DNA of 55,929 nt from Minisyncoccota bacterium (GCA_018061035.1 JAGOUX010000004.1:1-55929), one strand, 5' to 3'. Counted from the first letter of the stretch, positions 1 through 9,449 are shown. A program made the numbers and translations. Notes: generated from the letters alone by a model not told the origin.

Positions 1-236
1 TATGGCAAAGAATAAAAAACGGAATGCAACTTCAGGCAGATGCTGATAGAGAACCCTACGAACACAAAGGACTACCTGCTCTAACTAACGGTAATCCTGG
101 ACTTGAGGCTATTGATGCTGCGATGCATCAGAAATCTTCTTCATATTTATATTATCTTCACGACAAGCTCGGGGTGGCGCACTATGCTCGGACGCTATCT
201 GAGCATAATCAGAATATTAATAAGTATCTACGTTAG
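1..236 (+). CDS. mltG: C-terminal fragment of MltG/YceG-like endolytic transglycosylase (5' end lies outside the window)
   Basis: The frame is open from the window edge to TAG at 234-236. The tail GLPALTNGNPGLEAIDAAMHQ..YLYYLHD..HYARTLSEHNQNI resembles the conserved YceG C-terminus. Confidence 0.55.
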   Translation, partial: WQRIKNGMQLQADADREPYEHKGLPALTNGNPGLEAIDAAMHQKSSSYLYYLHDKLGVAHYARTLSEHNQNINKYLR

Positions 237-264
237 AGTAATTTTGAGCATGATATAATATATA

Positions 265-816
265 TTGTCGTTTTTTGTGTTCACATATATGAGAAAACAT
301 AACTTTGCATTTATTGATATTGAAACCACAGGACTCAGCTTGATCGAGCATGAGGTTATTGAGATTGGTTGCGTGATCACTGATCCACACTTAGAGGTAA
401 TCGAAGAATTCAGTGTGAAGATCAAGCCCGAACATATTGAAAATGCGCACCCAACAGCATTAAAAGTAAATCACTACAAAGAAGAAGATTGGAAAGATGC
501 TGGCACCCTCAAGGACGCGATGAAGCTTCTCGCCCAAAAAACCAAAGATTGTATTATGGTGGGGCACAATGTCGCCTTTGATGCTGGATTTATCGAGCAT
601 TCTTTTAATGCACTGGGTATAACAAATGCTATGCATTATCACAAGCTTGATACAGTATCTATCGCTTGGGCCAAACTTCATCGCGAACCTGACTTGGAAC
701 ATTTCTCTCTTCGGGAATTATGCGCCAGATTTGATATAAAAAATGAGCATGCACACACAGGGCTTTCTGATGCTCGAGCGACCCATCTGCTTTACAAAAA
801 GCTAATGGAATTGTAG
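265..816 (+). CDS. DEDDh 3'-5' exonuclease (DNA polymerase III epsilon-like)
   Basis: Exo motifs are FIDIETTGL, GHNVAFDAGF and HTGLSDA. The track start at 265 is TTG; an alternative ATG lies at 289. Confidence 0.85.
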   Translation: MSFFVFTYMRKHNFAFIDIETTGLSLIEHEVIEIGCVITDPHLEVIEEFSVKIKPEHIENAHPTALKVNHYKEEDWKDAGTLKDAMKLLAQKTKDCIMVGHNVAFDAGFIEHSFNALGITNAMHYHKLDTVSIAWAKLHREPDLEHFSLRELCARFDIKNEHAHTGLSDARATHLLYKKLMEL

Positions 817-837
817 TCTAAACAAAGTATATCTTTA

Positions 838-873
838 AAAACCTTACGAAGGCTGGCGAGCCTGAGTCCGAGC
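838..873 (-). repeat. 36-nt conserved intergenic element, copy 1 (inverted orientation)
   Basis: The reverse complement reads GCTCGGACTCAGGCTCGCCAGCCTTCGTAAGGTTTT. Confidence 0.8.
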
Positions 874-929
874 AAAAAATTTAGCAAAATTTTATTGTGT
901 GTTTTTTAAGTTATACTTTGTTTAATTTT

Positions 930-1982
930 ATGAAGAAAAAGACAGTATTTGTCGGTATGTCAGGAGGAGTGGACTCATCGGTGAGTGCTGCCATCTTGAT
1001 CGAACAAGGCTATGACGTAGTCGGGGTTTTTATCCGTACCTGGCATCCGGACTTTCTAGAATGCAACGAGGAGGAAGAGCGCAGAGATGCTATGCGAGTA
1101 GCAGCGCAGCTTGATATTCCATTCCTTACATTTGATCTTGAGGAGGTGTACAAGAAAGAAGTAGCAGACTACATGATATCTGAGTACAAAGCAGGCAGGA
1201 CACCGAACCCCGATGTCATGTGCAACAAAGAAGTGAAGTTCGGTGCTTTTCTCAAGAAGGCTCTATCTATGGGTGCAGACTATGTTGCGACAGGTCACTA
1301 TGCGCAAAATATTAAAAATTTGCTTGTAAAAGGTGTTGATCCTTCCAAAGATCAAAGTTATTTCTTGTGGACCCTCAGACAGGATCAACTATGTAAAATT
1401 TTATTTCCGGTTGGTGGTATGCCAAAGACAAAAGTGCGTACTCTCGCCAAGAAATTTAAATTGCCTGTAGCAGAGAAGAAAGATAGTCAGGGGATTTGCT
1501 TCCTGGGTGATATTGATCTCAAGGAATTTTTGAAGTATTACATTAAGTCTAAAAAGGGAAAGGTGCTTAATGAAAGTGGGGAAGTTATCGGACACCATGA
1601 TGGAGTAGTTTTCCATACATTAGGAGAGCGTCATGGATTTACTGTCACTCAAAAGACTCCCAATGATGGGGCGTATTATGTTATATCTAAAGATGTAAAA
1701 AAGAATACACTTACTGTATCTCAAGATAAAAAATCGCTTGATCGGAATGCTAAAAAAATATATCAAATTGAAAATACTAATTGGTCCGCTCTTGTGCCAG
1801 ATCAGGGCAAGACATACTATGCGCAGATCCGTTATCATGGAGAATTGCTCGAGTGCCAGGTCGCTTGCGAAGGACAGTCCTTCGCAGAAGTTATATTTGA
1901 AAAACCAATTCTGGTTGCGGGAGGGCAGTCTATCGTAGTCTATGATAAAGATGTGTGTTTAGGTGGAGGGGTTGTAAAGTAA
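930..1982 (+). CDS. mnmA: tRNA-specific 2-thiouridylase MnmA
   Basis: PP-loop VGMSGGVDSSV and a conserved MnmA core. ATG 930 (MKKKTVFVGMSGG) is preferred over the GTG at 897. Confidence 0.9.
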   Translation: MKKKTVFVGMSGGVDSSVSAAILIEQGYDVVGVFIRTWHPDFLECNEEEERRDAMRVAAQLDIPFLTFDLEEVYKKEVADYMISEYKAGRTPNPDVMCNKEVKFGAFLKKALSMGADYVATGHYAQNIKNLLVKGVDPSKDQSYFLWTLRQDQLCKILFPVGGMPKTKVRTLAKKFKLPVAEKKDSQGICFLGDIDLKEFLKYYIKSKKGKVLNESGEVIGHHDGVVFHTLGERHGFTVTQKTPNDGAYYVISKDVKKNTLTVSQDKKSLDRNAKKIYQIENTNWSALVPDQGKTYYAQIRYHGELLECQVACEGQSFAEVIFEKPILVAGGQSIVVYDKDVCLGGGVVK

Positions 1983-1987
1983 TTATT

Positions 1988-1996
1988 TGATATAAT
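1988..1996 (+). promoter_or_regulatory. extended -10 box, leaderless-type
   Basis: TGATATAAT, 6 nt, ATG 2003. Confidence 0.55.
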
Positions 1997-2002
1997 AACC
2001 AT

Positions 2003-2779
2003 ATGGAAAATTTAGAAAAATTTGTATTACCGATAGTTAGAAAGACAAGAGAAATAACCTTTCCTAGTTTTGGAACTGCAAAAATTTTAGAAAATAAAGG
2101 GAAATATGCATGCGATATAGTTACTGAACTTGATAGGGCGGTAGAAGTATATTTAAAGGAAGAACTAAATAAAATTTATCCAGATATAGAATTTGTGGGT
2201 GAAGAGTTTGGAGGTAATAGAGATGCGAAAAGATTTTGGCTTGTTGATCCTATCGATGGAACAGGTCTTTATTTAAGAGGCCTTGTAGGATGCACAACGA
2301 TGATTGCTCTTATTGAAGATGGGCAGGTTATTTTTTCAGCAATATATGATTTCGTAAATGATGTCATGTATCACGCAGAAAAAGACAAAGGTACATATAG
2401 AGATAATGAAAGAATTCACGTGAGCGATAGGCAATCAGGAGATTCATATATGGCTTGGGAAACCCACTGGGACAAATCTGAAAATATGGAAATTCTGTTA
2501 AGCCTTCATAAATACTCATCATTTATGAAGTTTCTAGCATCGGGATATGAATTCATTCTGATTGCAGAAGGTAAGCTCGAAGGTAAGGTAGTTTTTGATC
2601 CGTATGGAAAGGATTATGACTTTGCTCCTGGAACACTTATTGTTTCTGAGGCAGGAGGCGTGGTTACCAACTTGGGTTTGAGTACTTATGACTATAAAAA
2701 TTATTCTTTTCTTGCTGTAAATGTTCCTATGTACAAGAAGCTAACCGAGGGACCGGATGCCTTGTTTCCGATTAAGTAA
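2003..2779 (+). CDS. inositol monophosphatase family protein
   Basis: WLVDPIDGT motif and IMPase-like length. The start lies 6 nt after TGATATAAT. Confidence 0.8.
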   Translation: MENLEKFVLPIVRKTREITFPSFGTAKILENKGKYACDIVTELDRAVEVYLKEELNKIYPDIEFVGEEFGGNRDAKRFWLVDPIDGTGLYLRGLVGCTTMIALIEDGQVIFSAIYDFVNDVMYHAEKDKGTYRDNERIHVSDRQSGDSYMAWETHWDKSENMEILLSLHKYSSFMKFLASGYEFILIAEGKLEGKVVFDPYGKDYDFAPGTLIVSEAGGVVTNLGLSTYDYKNYSFLAVNVPMYKKLTEGPDALFPIK

Positions 2780-2823
2780 ATATCTTACTTTTCTTTTAGT
2801 TACCCAAGTTATATACTATATTC

Positions 2824-3294
2824 ATGTTTAACTTTTTTACACAAAATAGCGAGATGATTATCAGATTAGTGGTAGCAGTTGGGCTTGGATTGATAATCGG
2901 AGCCGAGAGAATTTATGTTCACAAAGAGGCGGGGATGAAGACTCATGCACTCGTAGCGATGGGCTCAGCACTTTTTATAATTATTTCAGAATTGATTTCT
3001 ATTAAGTATATAAATATCGGAGGATTCGATCCTACACGTATTGCTTCTCAGGTTATCGTCGGTATCGGTTTCCTCGGCGCAGGATCTATTATGCTTCAGG
3101 GTTCTCGACTCAAAGGCCTTACCACTGCAGGAGGATTGTGGGTTACTGCTGGCATAGGTATGGCTGCTGGTTTCGGTTTCTATGCCTTGTCAGCTATATC
3201 AACCGTTCTAATTTTATTTGTTTTTGTTGTAGTGAAATTCTTCGAAGATCCTATTCGCAAGATCTCAGACGAAATGGATGAAACAAAAATCTAA
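2824..3294 (+). CDS. MgtC/SapB family membrane protein
   Basis: GAERIYVHKEAGMKTHALVAMGSALF signature with several hydrophobic helices. Confidence 0.8.
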   Translation: MFNFFTQNSEMIIRLVVAVGLGLIIGAERIYVHKEAGMKTHALVAMGSALFIIISELISIKYINIGGFDPTRIASQVIVGIGFLGAGSIMLQGSRLKGLTTAGGLWVTAGIGMAAGFGFYALSAISTVLILFVFVVVKFFEDPIRKISDEMDETKI

Positions 3295-3302
3295 TATCTC
3301 GA

Positions 3303-3336
3303 TTGACAATTAATTGGAAAGTAGTAAGAATATATA
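3303..3336 (+). promoter_or_regulatory. cassette promoter A1
   Basis: TTGACA (3303-3308), 17 nt, AAGAAT. Shares the AAAGTAGTA spacer motif with promoter A2. Confidence 0.5.
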
Positions 3337-3378
3337 GGTTACATGTTCTTAGCAATTTAGCGAAATAGAGGAGGACAC

Positions 3379-3819
3379 ATGAACAATAAGATCGAAGGCG
3401 AGGATTTGTTTGGCGGTTTGGATCTTGCGCGCGCCGTGTACCCGAGCATGCAGTCCGCACGGACGGGCCTGACACTCGACAACCTGGAGAAGTGGCAACA
3501 CGACCTCCAGAAACAGGAGGGACTCGACGGCCATCTCCTGCTCGAAGCGTTCGATCGCAAGCGCGGCATCGAGAGCTCAGCGAGCTTCGCCGATGTGGAG
3601 GTGTTGTGCGCACGGCACAGCGTCGATGGATTGTTTGCGCGTCTGCGTATTGGCCCCGGGGACATCCTCGGTCTCCCTAAATCAGCGTTCGTGACCGATG
3701 ACGGCATCAAGATGCCGGCACTCGCTCGTCTCGAAGCGGGCGTTGTTCCCATCATCATCCCGCTCGACGCCAAGACCAAACTCGGCGCCAACGTGTCGTT
3801 CCTCCGCCTCAACAGCTAG
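3379..3819 (+). CDS. hypothetical protein, G+C-rich cassette ORF A1
   Basis: GAGGAGG lies 4 nt before the ATG. A TTGACA-type promoter is upstream and the 85-bp hairpin/terminator module is downstream. No family recognised. Confidence 0.6.
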   Translation: MNNKIEGEDLFGGLDLARAVYPSMQSARTGLTLDNLEKWQHDLQKQEGLDGHLLLEAFDRKRGIESSASFADVEVLCARHSVDGLFARLRIGPGDILGLPKSAFVTDDGIKMPALARLEAGVVPIIIPLDAKTKLGANVSFLRLNS

Positions 3820-3828
3820 CCGACGCCT

Positions 3829-3913
3829 CGCCAACCACTTGCATGTGGATGGCGCAGAAATAGCGTCATTCATATGCAAGTGGACCAAGATTTATTCTTG
3901 TCCACTTGTTTTT
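3829..3913 (+). repeat. 85-bp module, copy 1 (long imperfect hairpin plus terminator hairpin)
   Basis: By reading, identical to 4556..4640. Stem CCACTTGCAT/ATGCAAGTGG, then AAGTGGAC..GTCCACTT followed by a T-run. Confidence 0.9.
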
Positions 3914-3917
3914 TTTA

Positions 3918-3946
3918 TTGACAAAAATATTTAAAGTAGTATTAAT
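3918..3946 (+). promoter_or_regulatory. cassette promoter A2
   Basis: TTGACA (3918-3923), 17 nt, ATTAAT (3941-3946). Confidence 0.55.
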
Positions 3947-3974
3947 AATGTAATATTTGCCCTTTACATAAAGC

Positions 3975-4026
3975 GAGGGTCACAGCTAAAAGATTCTAGA
4001 TCCGGAGTTTTTTAGCTATGACCCTC
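3975..4026 (+). other. 17-bp-stem hairpin in the 5' UTR of cassette ORF A2
   Basis: GAGGGTCACAGCTAAAA pairs with TTTTAGCTATGACCCTC with one mismatch. The loop contains TCTAGA. Confidence 0.7.
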
Positions 4027-4057
4027 ATGTCGACGGTCTAGCCTTGTTGGAGGCACT

Positions 4058-4549
4058 ATGCGGAATATGGAAAAGTTGTTTTCCGTACGCGAAGTCGCTT
4101 TCCCCGCTTGGGCAGCGGGGCGCCAGTTGTTCGAGGTTGGCCCGTCCCGTCGAGGCATTTCCTTTTCGGAGGTCGCCAAGATCGAGTGGGTGCCGGTGGA
4201 AGATGATATCTTCCCTGGAGAAGTCGTCGTCGAATTCGTTCAAGGCCGGGATCCCAACAAATTCCTCGGCCTGGCGGAGATGTGCGCCATGAAGTCGCAC
4301 TGGTTGGCGCTGTGGTCGGCGCTCAATCTCGAAGATCACGATGTGCTCGCTTTCCCGCGTGACATCGTGAAAGACAAAGACTGCTTCCTCGTCACCCCGG
4401 CGCTTGTCCGTCGGATGGTGCCGACGAGTGAGAAAGACTCGAATAGCGCGACGATCTGTGTGCCGCAGGTCCAGCGGTTCTGGACGCGGTTGAACGGAAA
4501 CAATAAGTTTAACAAGCGGCTCAAGATCGCCATGTTCAAGACACGCTGA
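4058..4549 (+). CDS. hypothetical protein, G+C-rich cassette ORF A2
   Basis: GGAGG lies 4 nt before the ATG. The promoter resembles that of A1, and an identical 85-bp module follows the stop. No family recognised. Confidence 0.6.
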   Translation: MRNMEKLFSVREVAFPAWAAGRQLFEVGPSRRGISFSEVAKIEWVPVEDDIFPGEVVVEFVQGRDPNKFLGLAEMCAMKSHWLALWSALNLEDHDVLAFPRDIVKDKDCFLVTPALVRRMVPTSEKDSNSATICVPQVQRFWTRLNGNNKFNKRLKIAMFKTR

Positions 4550-4555
4550 AGCGTG

Positions 4556-4640
4556 CGCCAACCACTTGCATGTGGATGGCGCAGAAATAGCGTCATTCAT
4601 ATGCAAGTGGACCAAGATTTATTCTTGTCCACTTGTTTTT
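4556..4640 (+). repeat. 85-bp module, copy 2
   Basis: Same 85 nt as 3829..3913, located directly after the stop of ORF A2. Confidence 0.9.
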
Positions 4641-4668
4641 CGTTTATAATGATTTTTTAAGTATTTTT

Positions 4669-4677
4669 TGCTAGAAT
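4669..4677 (+). promoter_or_regulatory. extended -10 box, leaderless-type (alaS)
   Basis: TGCTAGAAT, 6 nt, ATG 4684. Confidence 0.6.
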
Positions 4678-4683
4678 GCTTTT

Positions 4684-6450
4684 ATGCAGTCAAATGAGAT
4701 AAGAAATAGATTTTTAAAGTTTTTTGAGAAGCGGGGACATAAAATAATTCCTTCTGCTTCGCTAGTGCCTGAGAATGATCCCTCAGTACTATTTAATACC
4801 GCAGGTATGCAGCCACTTGTGCCATATTTGCTCGGACAGGATCATCCTATGGGAAAGAGAATAGCCGATGTTCAAAAATGCGTACGTACTGGAGACCTAG
4901 AAGATATAGGTGATAATAGACATTTTTCATTCTTCGAAATGATGGGTAACTGGTCTTTCGGAGATTATTTCAAGGAGGACGCTATTAAGTGGAGCTATGA
5001 ATTTTTAACTAATGGTGATGATAAGCTAGAAGGAGATAAAGGTTTAGGGTTAGATATAAATCGCTTATACGTGACAGTTTTCGAAGGGGATGAAAACGCT
5101 CCGAGGGATACAGAGTCTGCAGAAATTTGGAAATCTTTGGGTGTACCAGAGAATAGAATATATTTCTTGGGCGCAGAAGATAATTGGTGGGCGGCGGGAG
5201 ACAATGGTCCATGTGGTCCTGACACTGAAATGTTTTACGACATGTCTGGTGCTGTAGGTGATCTATCCAAGGAGGAATTCCTTCAGGCAGTAAAAAATGA
5301 AGATGTGATTGAAATTTGGAACGATGTGTTTATGGAATATGAGAAGAAGGATGGAAAAGTAATTGGTAAATTAAAACAAAAGAATGTGGATACCGGTGCT
5401 GGATTAGAGCGCATTACTGCTGTAATGCAGGGCAAGAAAACGGCATATGAGACTGATTTGTTTTCGTCCGTTCTGGATTTAATCAAAAATGTTGCAGGAG
5501 ATAAATACAATGACAAGGCGGCCAGAATTATTTCTGACCATATTCGTGCATCTACATTTTTAATTGCTGATGGAGTAATACCATCTAATAAGGATCAAGG
5601 TTACGTATTACGTCGATTGCTTAGACGTGCTGTGCGTTATGCCGATCTTTTGAGTATTAATCCTGTGCATTTAAGCGAAATCATTTTTGCATTTATTGAT
5701 ACATATAAGCAAAATTACCCTGCATTGTTCGAAAAGGGAGAGTTCATAAAGGAAACAATTTTGGAGGAAGAAAATAAATTCAGAAAAACACTCGAGCATG
5801 GACTGAAAGAATTCGAAAAGGGGGTAGACCCGTTTATTTTGGCTACTACATACGGTTTCCCGATTGAGCTCACATTGGAATTAGCTAAAGAAAAAGGCCA
5901 GACTATAAATCTTGATGAATTTAATACCAAGATGGCCGAGCACCAAAAGCTTTCTCAGACAGCATCCGCAGGTATGTTCAAGGGCGGGCTTGCTAATCAC
6001 AATGAGAAAACTATCCGGCTTCATACCGCACACCATCTATTGCTCGCTGGGCTACAAACTCTAGTAGATAAGAGCATTAAACAGCGAGGAAGCAATATCA
6101 CCGAAGAGAGATTGCGCATAGACTTCATGTGTGACCACAAACTTACTGATGAAGAGAAGAAAAAGGTTGAGGATTGGGTGAATGAAAAGATCCAGGCAGG
6201 ATTAAATGTAATTCGAAGGGAGATGCCATTGTCTGAGGCAGAAAAGATAGGCGCAGAAATGGAATTTGGCGCGAAGTATCCCGAAGTTGTGTCTGTATAC
6301 TTCATCGAAGATGAGAATGGCACACCGATATCCAAAGAATTCTGTGGTGGTCCTCATGTAAACAACACAAAAGAACTCGGAATATTCAAGATTCAAAAAG
6401 AAGAAGCAGTTTCGGCAGGTGTGCGCAGAATAAAAGCAGTGCTTTCTTAG
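4684..6450 (+). CDS. alaS: alanine--tRNA ligase, compact form (588 aa)
   Basis: N-terminus RFLKFFEKRGH..PSASLVP..DPSVLFNTAGM. Editing-domain motifs HTAHHLL and CGGPHV are present. No C-Ala region follows. Confidence 0.9.
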   Translation: MQSNEIRNRFLKFFEKRGHKIIPSASLVPENDPSVLFNTAGMQPLVPYLLGQDHPMGKRIADVQKCVRTGDLEDIGDNRHFSFFEMMGNWSFGDYFKEDAIKWSYEFLTNGDDKLEGDKGLGLDINRLYVTVFEGDENAPRDTESAEIWKSLGVPENRIYFLGAEDNWWAAGDNGPCGPDTEMFYDMSGAVGDLSKEEFLQAVKNEDVIEIWNDVFMEYEKKDGKVIGKLKQKNVDTGAGLERITAVMQGKKTAYETDLFSSVLDLIKNVAGDKYNDKAARIISDHIRASTFLIADGVIPSNKDQGYVLRRLLRRAVRYADLLSINPVHLSEIIFAFIDTYKQNYPALFEKGEFIKETILEEENKFRKTLEHGLKEFEKGVDPFILATTYGFPIELTLELAKEKGQTINLDEFNTKMAEHQKLSQTASAGMFKGGLANHNEKTIRLHTAHHLLLAGLQTLVDKSIKQRGSNITEERLRIDFMCDHKLTDEEKKKVEDWVNEKIQAGLNVIRREMPLSEAEKIGAEMEFGAKYPEVVSVYFIEDENGTPISKEFCGGPHVNNTKELGIFKIQKEEAVSAGVRRIKAVLS

Positions 6451-6483
6451 CGGATTTTATTTTTTATAGTATACTTATAGTGT

Positions 6484-7665
6484 ATGGGTATATTTTCTTC
6501 CAAGAATGGCAAGGGTGAATTAATACTTGTCTTAGATATTGGGTCTTCTTCGGTGGGAGGAGCATTTTTCTTAATGCAAGAAAATAAAATCCCAAAAATT
6601 ATTTACTCTACACGGGAACAAATCACTACTACGACGCAAGTCGATTTCAATATGTTTATGTCTTTGGCAATGAAATCACTCAATACTTTACTTGCGAACA
6701 TGTTCAAAAAAAGATTGGGTACACCTAATAGAATTTTCTGTGTACTTTCTTCACCGTGGTATATATCTCAAACAAGAGTAATCCATCTAGAGAAAAATAC
6801 CCCATTTATTTTTACATCCAAATTGGCAGATAGTCTGATAGAAAAAGAAATGTCTATTTTTGAGGAGGAATACATGAAGAAATTAAATGGAGCTACTCAC
6901 AAATTTCGTCCGATTGAGATGAAAAACATCAAGACCATTTTAAATGGCTATGAGACTAGCGACCCAATCGATCAAAAGGCCAAAGAGCTAGAAATGACTA
7001 TTTTTATTTCTCTTGCTGGTGAAGAAATAATTTTACAGATAGAAGCAATCATATCAAAGTATTATCACGGACAAGAAGTTAAATTCAACTCCTTTACAAT
7101 GGCATCCTTCGCAGTAGTGAGAGATATGTATTTGCATCAAGACAATTTTTTACTAATCGATATCGGTGGTGAGGTCACAGATATTTCTATGGCCAAAAAG
7201 AATATTTTGAGAGAATCAGTATCTTACCCATTGGGTCGCAATTTTATTCTAAGGTCACTCGCCGAATCACAGAGATGTAGTATCAATGAAGCAGAGGCAA
7301 CATTGTCTTTGTACAAAGATGGACATGCCTCAAATGATTTTGGAGCCAAGTTGGCGCCTATAATGAAAAAAATAAGTGGAGAATGGTTATCCAAATTTCA
7401 AACATCATTGGCCAATCTCTCAAATGATATATCTATTCCAGCTACAATATTTTTGGCTGTCGACAAGGAGTATGCTGACTTTTTTTCTGAAATAATCAAA
7501 ACCGAACAATTCAATCAATATACCCTGACAGAGTCAAAGTTTCAGATAATACTTTTGGGTACCGAAAGCTTGCATGGAGCTGCATTGTTCGAAGAAAGCG
7601 TTGTGCGTGATCCATTTATGATTATCGAGTCTATTTACATTAATCGTTTTTTCTATAAAATATAA
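6484..7665 (+). CDS. actin-fold ATPase, FtsA/PilM-like (tentative)
   Basis: LVLDIGSSSVGG and LLIDIGGEVTDIS look like the phosphate-binding loops of the ASKHA fold. Confidence 0.4.
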   Translation: MGIFSSKNGKGELILVLDIGSSSVGGAFFLMQENKIPKIIYSTREQITTTTQVDFNMFMSLAMKSLNTLLANMFKKRLGTPNRIFCVLSSPWYISQTRVIHLEKNTPFIFTSKLADSLIEKEMSIFEEEYMKKLNGATHKFRPIEMKNIKTILNGYETSDPIDQKAKELEMTIFISLAGEEIILQIEAIISKYYHGQEVKFNSFTMASFAVVRDMYLHQDNFLLIDIGGEVTDISMAKKNILRESVSYPLGRNFILRSLAESQRCSINEAEATLSLYKDGHASNDFGAKLAPIMKKISGEWLSKFQTSLANLSNDISIPATIFLAVDKEYADFFSEIIKTEQFNQYTLTESKFQIILLGTESLHGAALFEESVVRDPFMIIESIYINRFFYKI

Positions 7666-7667
7666 TT

Positions 7668-9026
7668 ATGCCACGAAAACTCGAAGACATAGTCCAGAAA
7701 AAAACTACCAAACAAGGAATTCATATTGTTGAAAAGATTTCTCCTCGCCCAAAAGTATCGCCAGCAAAGATAACTCGCGAAGTTGAAAATGAAGAAATTT
7801 CTCCGCGTAATAAAAAAGTTTGGGAAGAAAGAGAGGAGCCTCGAATCGAAAGAAGGGAGCGCATAATACCACCAATAGGTAGCCAGATAACTACTAGTCA
7901 TCGATACCGTGTTTGGGTTGTGGCACTTATCTCAATACTTTTCTTATTGTTCGCTCTATCTTTTTTGTTTTCTAAAGCATATATAGGAGTCACACCAAAA
8001 ATTCAAGAGGTAACATTGTCTGAACATTTGTCAGCAACAAAAGATGCTACTACCGACAACCTCTCTTACGATTTAGTCGTGATTTCTGGCGAAGAGACCA
8101 AAAACGTAAAAGCTGGAGCCGAAAAGGATGTATCAGTGAAAGCGACTGGTGCAGTGATTTTATACAATAACTTCGGCACAGCAACTCAGGCACTTGATAT
8201 CGACACAAGACTCGAAGGATCTAATGGCAAAATGTACAAGACTGTCAAAAAGGTAATTATTCCAGGAATGTCTCAAGGCAAGCCAGGTAGTATTGAGGTA
8301 GGAATATACGCTATCGAGGCTGGAGCCGAGTACAATAGCTCACCACTTGATTTTAAAATATATGGATTTAAAGGTAGTGCCAAATATGACAAATTTTATG
8401 GTCGCGGTAAGGGATCGATTGCTGGAGGATTGAAAGGTAAGCTACCCGTAGTCACCGATGCTGATAAAATAGCTGTTACATCAGAATTGAAAAAAACGCT
8501 CGAAGCAAAACTTCTTAAAAAGGCAACTGAACAAATTCCAAAAGGATTCATTTTATTCAAAGACGCAGTTTTTCTAAGTACCAATGAGCCAGTCATTGAT
8601 TACAAAATAATCGAGGAAGGTTCTGTCCCGTTACTGCTTAAGGGAACATTGTACGGTTTTATTTTTGATGAAAACAAATTGACCAAACAACTCGCCAAGG
8701 ATTCTATAGATAAGTACGACAATAGTCCGGTATATATCAAAAATATCAAAGACTTGGATTTTGTGCTTTCTAATAAAGAAAATATTTCTTATGCTGATGT
8801 CAAAAATGTCGACTTCACCATCTCTGGAAAAACAGAAATTGTCTGGAAATTTGATGAGAATAAGTTTATGACAGAAATACTCGGTGTTTCGAAATCAGAT
8901 TTCAATTCTGTGTTATCCAAATACCCAAATATTAAATCCGCGGAGATGCATCTAAGACCATTTTGGAGAACTTCACTTCCAGGAGATGTAAATGACATAG
9001 TTCTGACAATTAACTATCCAAAATAA
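7668..9026 (+). CDS. hypothetical membrane-anchored protein
   Basis: Long ORF with a basic N-terminus followed by one hydrophobic helix (VWVVALISILFLLFALSFLF). Coupled to the upstream gene. Confidence 0.5.
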   Translation: MPRKLEDIVQKKTTKQGIHIVEKISPRPKVSPAKITREVENEEISPRNKKVWEEREEPRIERRERIIPPIGSQITTSHRYRVWVVALISILFLLFALSFLFSKAYIGVTPKIQEVTLSEHLSATKDATTDNLSYDLVVISGEETKNVKAGAEKDVSVKATGAVILYNNFGTATQALDIDTRLEGSNGKMYKTVKKVIIPGMSQGKPGSIEVGIYAIEAGAEYNSSPLDFKIYGFKGSAKYDKFYGRGKGSIAGGLKGKLPVVTDADKIAVTSELKKTLEAKLLKKATEQIPKGFILFKDAVFLSTNEPVIDYKIIEEGSVPLLLKGTLYGFIFDENKLTKQLAKDSIDKYDNSPVYIKNIKDLDFVLSNKENISYADVKNVDFTISGKTEIVWKFDENKFMTEILGVSKSDFNSVLSKYPNIKSAEMHLRPFWRTSLPGDVNDIVLTINYPK

Positions 9027-9079
9027 GGGTTTTTCGGATTGACACAATCACTAAAATTTGTTATATTTAGCTTACATAA

Positions 9080-9307
9080 ATGAGTAGCTCAAAAAATGAA
9101 AAAATAGAAAGAGGGGTGGTCACAGAAGCTCTTCCGTCAACTCTTTTTAGAGTTAAACTAGATAGTCAGGCAGACGACGATAAAGAAATCCTCGCTTATC
9201 TTTCAGGAAAAATGAGAATGCACAGAATCAAAGTTCTCATAGGGGACACAGTCGAAATTGTGATAGATCCGTACGGCGGAAAAGGTAGAATAGTCAAAAG
9301 ACTATAA
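9080..9307 (+). CDS. infA: translation initiation factor IF-1
   Basis: S1-like sequence GVVTEALPSTLFRVKLD...GKMRMHRIKVLIGDTVEI. Confidence 0.95.
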   Translation: MSSSKNEKIERGVVTEALPSTLFRVKLDSQADDDKEILAYLSGKMRMHRIKVLIGDTVEIVIDPYGGKGRIVKRL

Positions 9308-9449
9308 TAGTTTATATATCAACTTGTGTTTTTATAAAGAATGGTGTATTATAGTAATTACAGTTTTTAAAAGGATATAACGTTGAAAAATAAGGCTTTT
9401 TTCCTTGTTTTTCATTTGTGTTACCTGAGGCGAAAAATAATTAATTTTT

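Noticed and set aside
3251-4615. Multiple overlapping and antisense ORFs in island A: 3251..3613(-), 3357..3812(-), 3492..3680(+), 3682..3888(-), 3698..3934(+), 4025..4615(-), 4044..4292(+) and 4336..4596(-).
   Set aside because: Stop-poor frames are expected in G+C-rich DNA. Only 3379..3819 and 4058..4549 have an SD, an upstream promoter and a correctly oriented terminator. Several rejected ORFs run through the non-coding 85-bp repeat.
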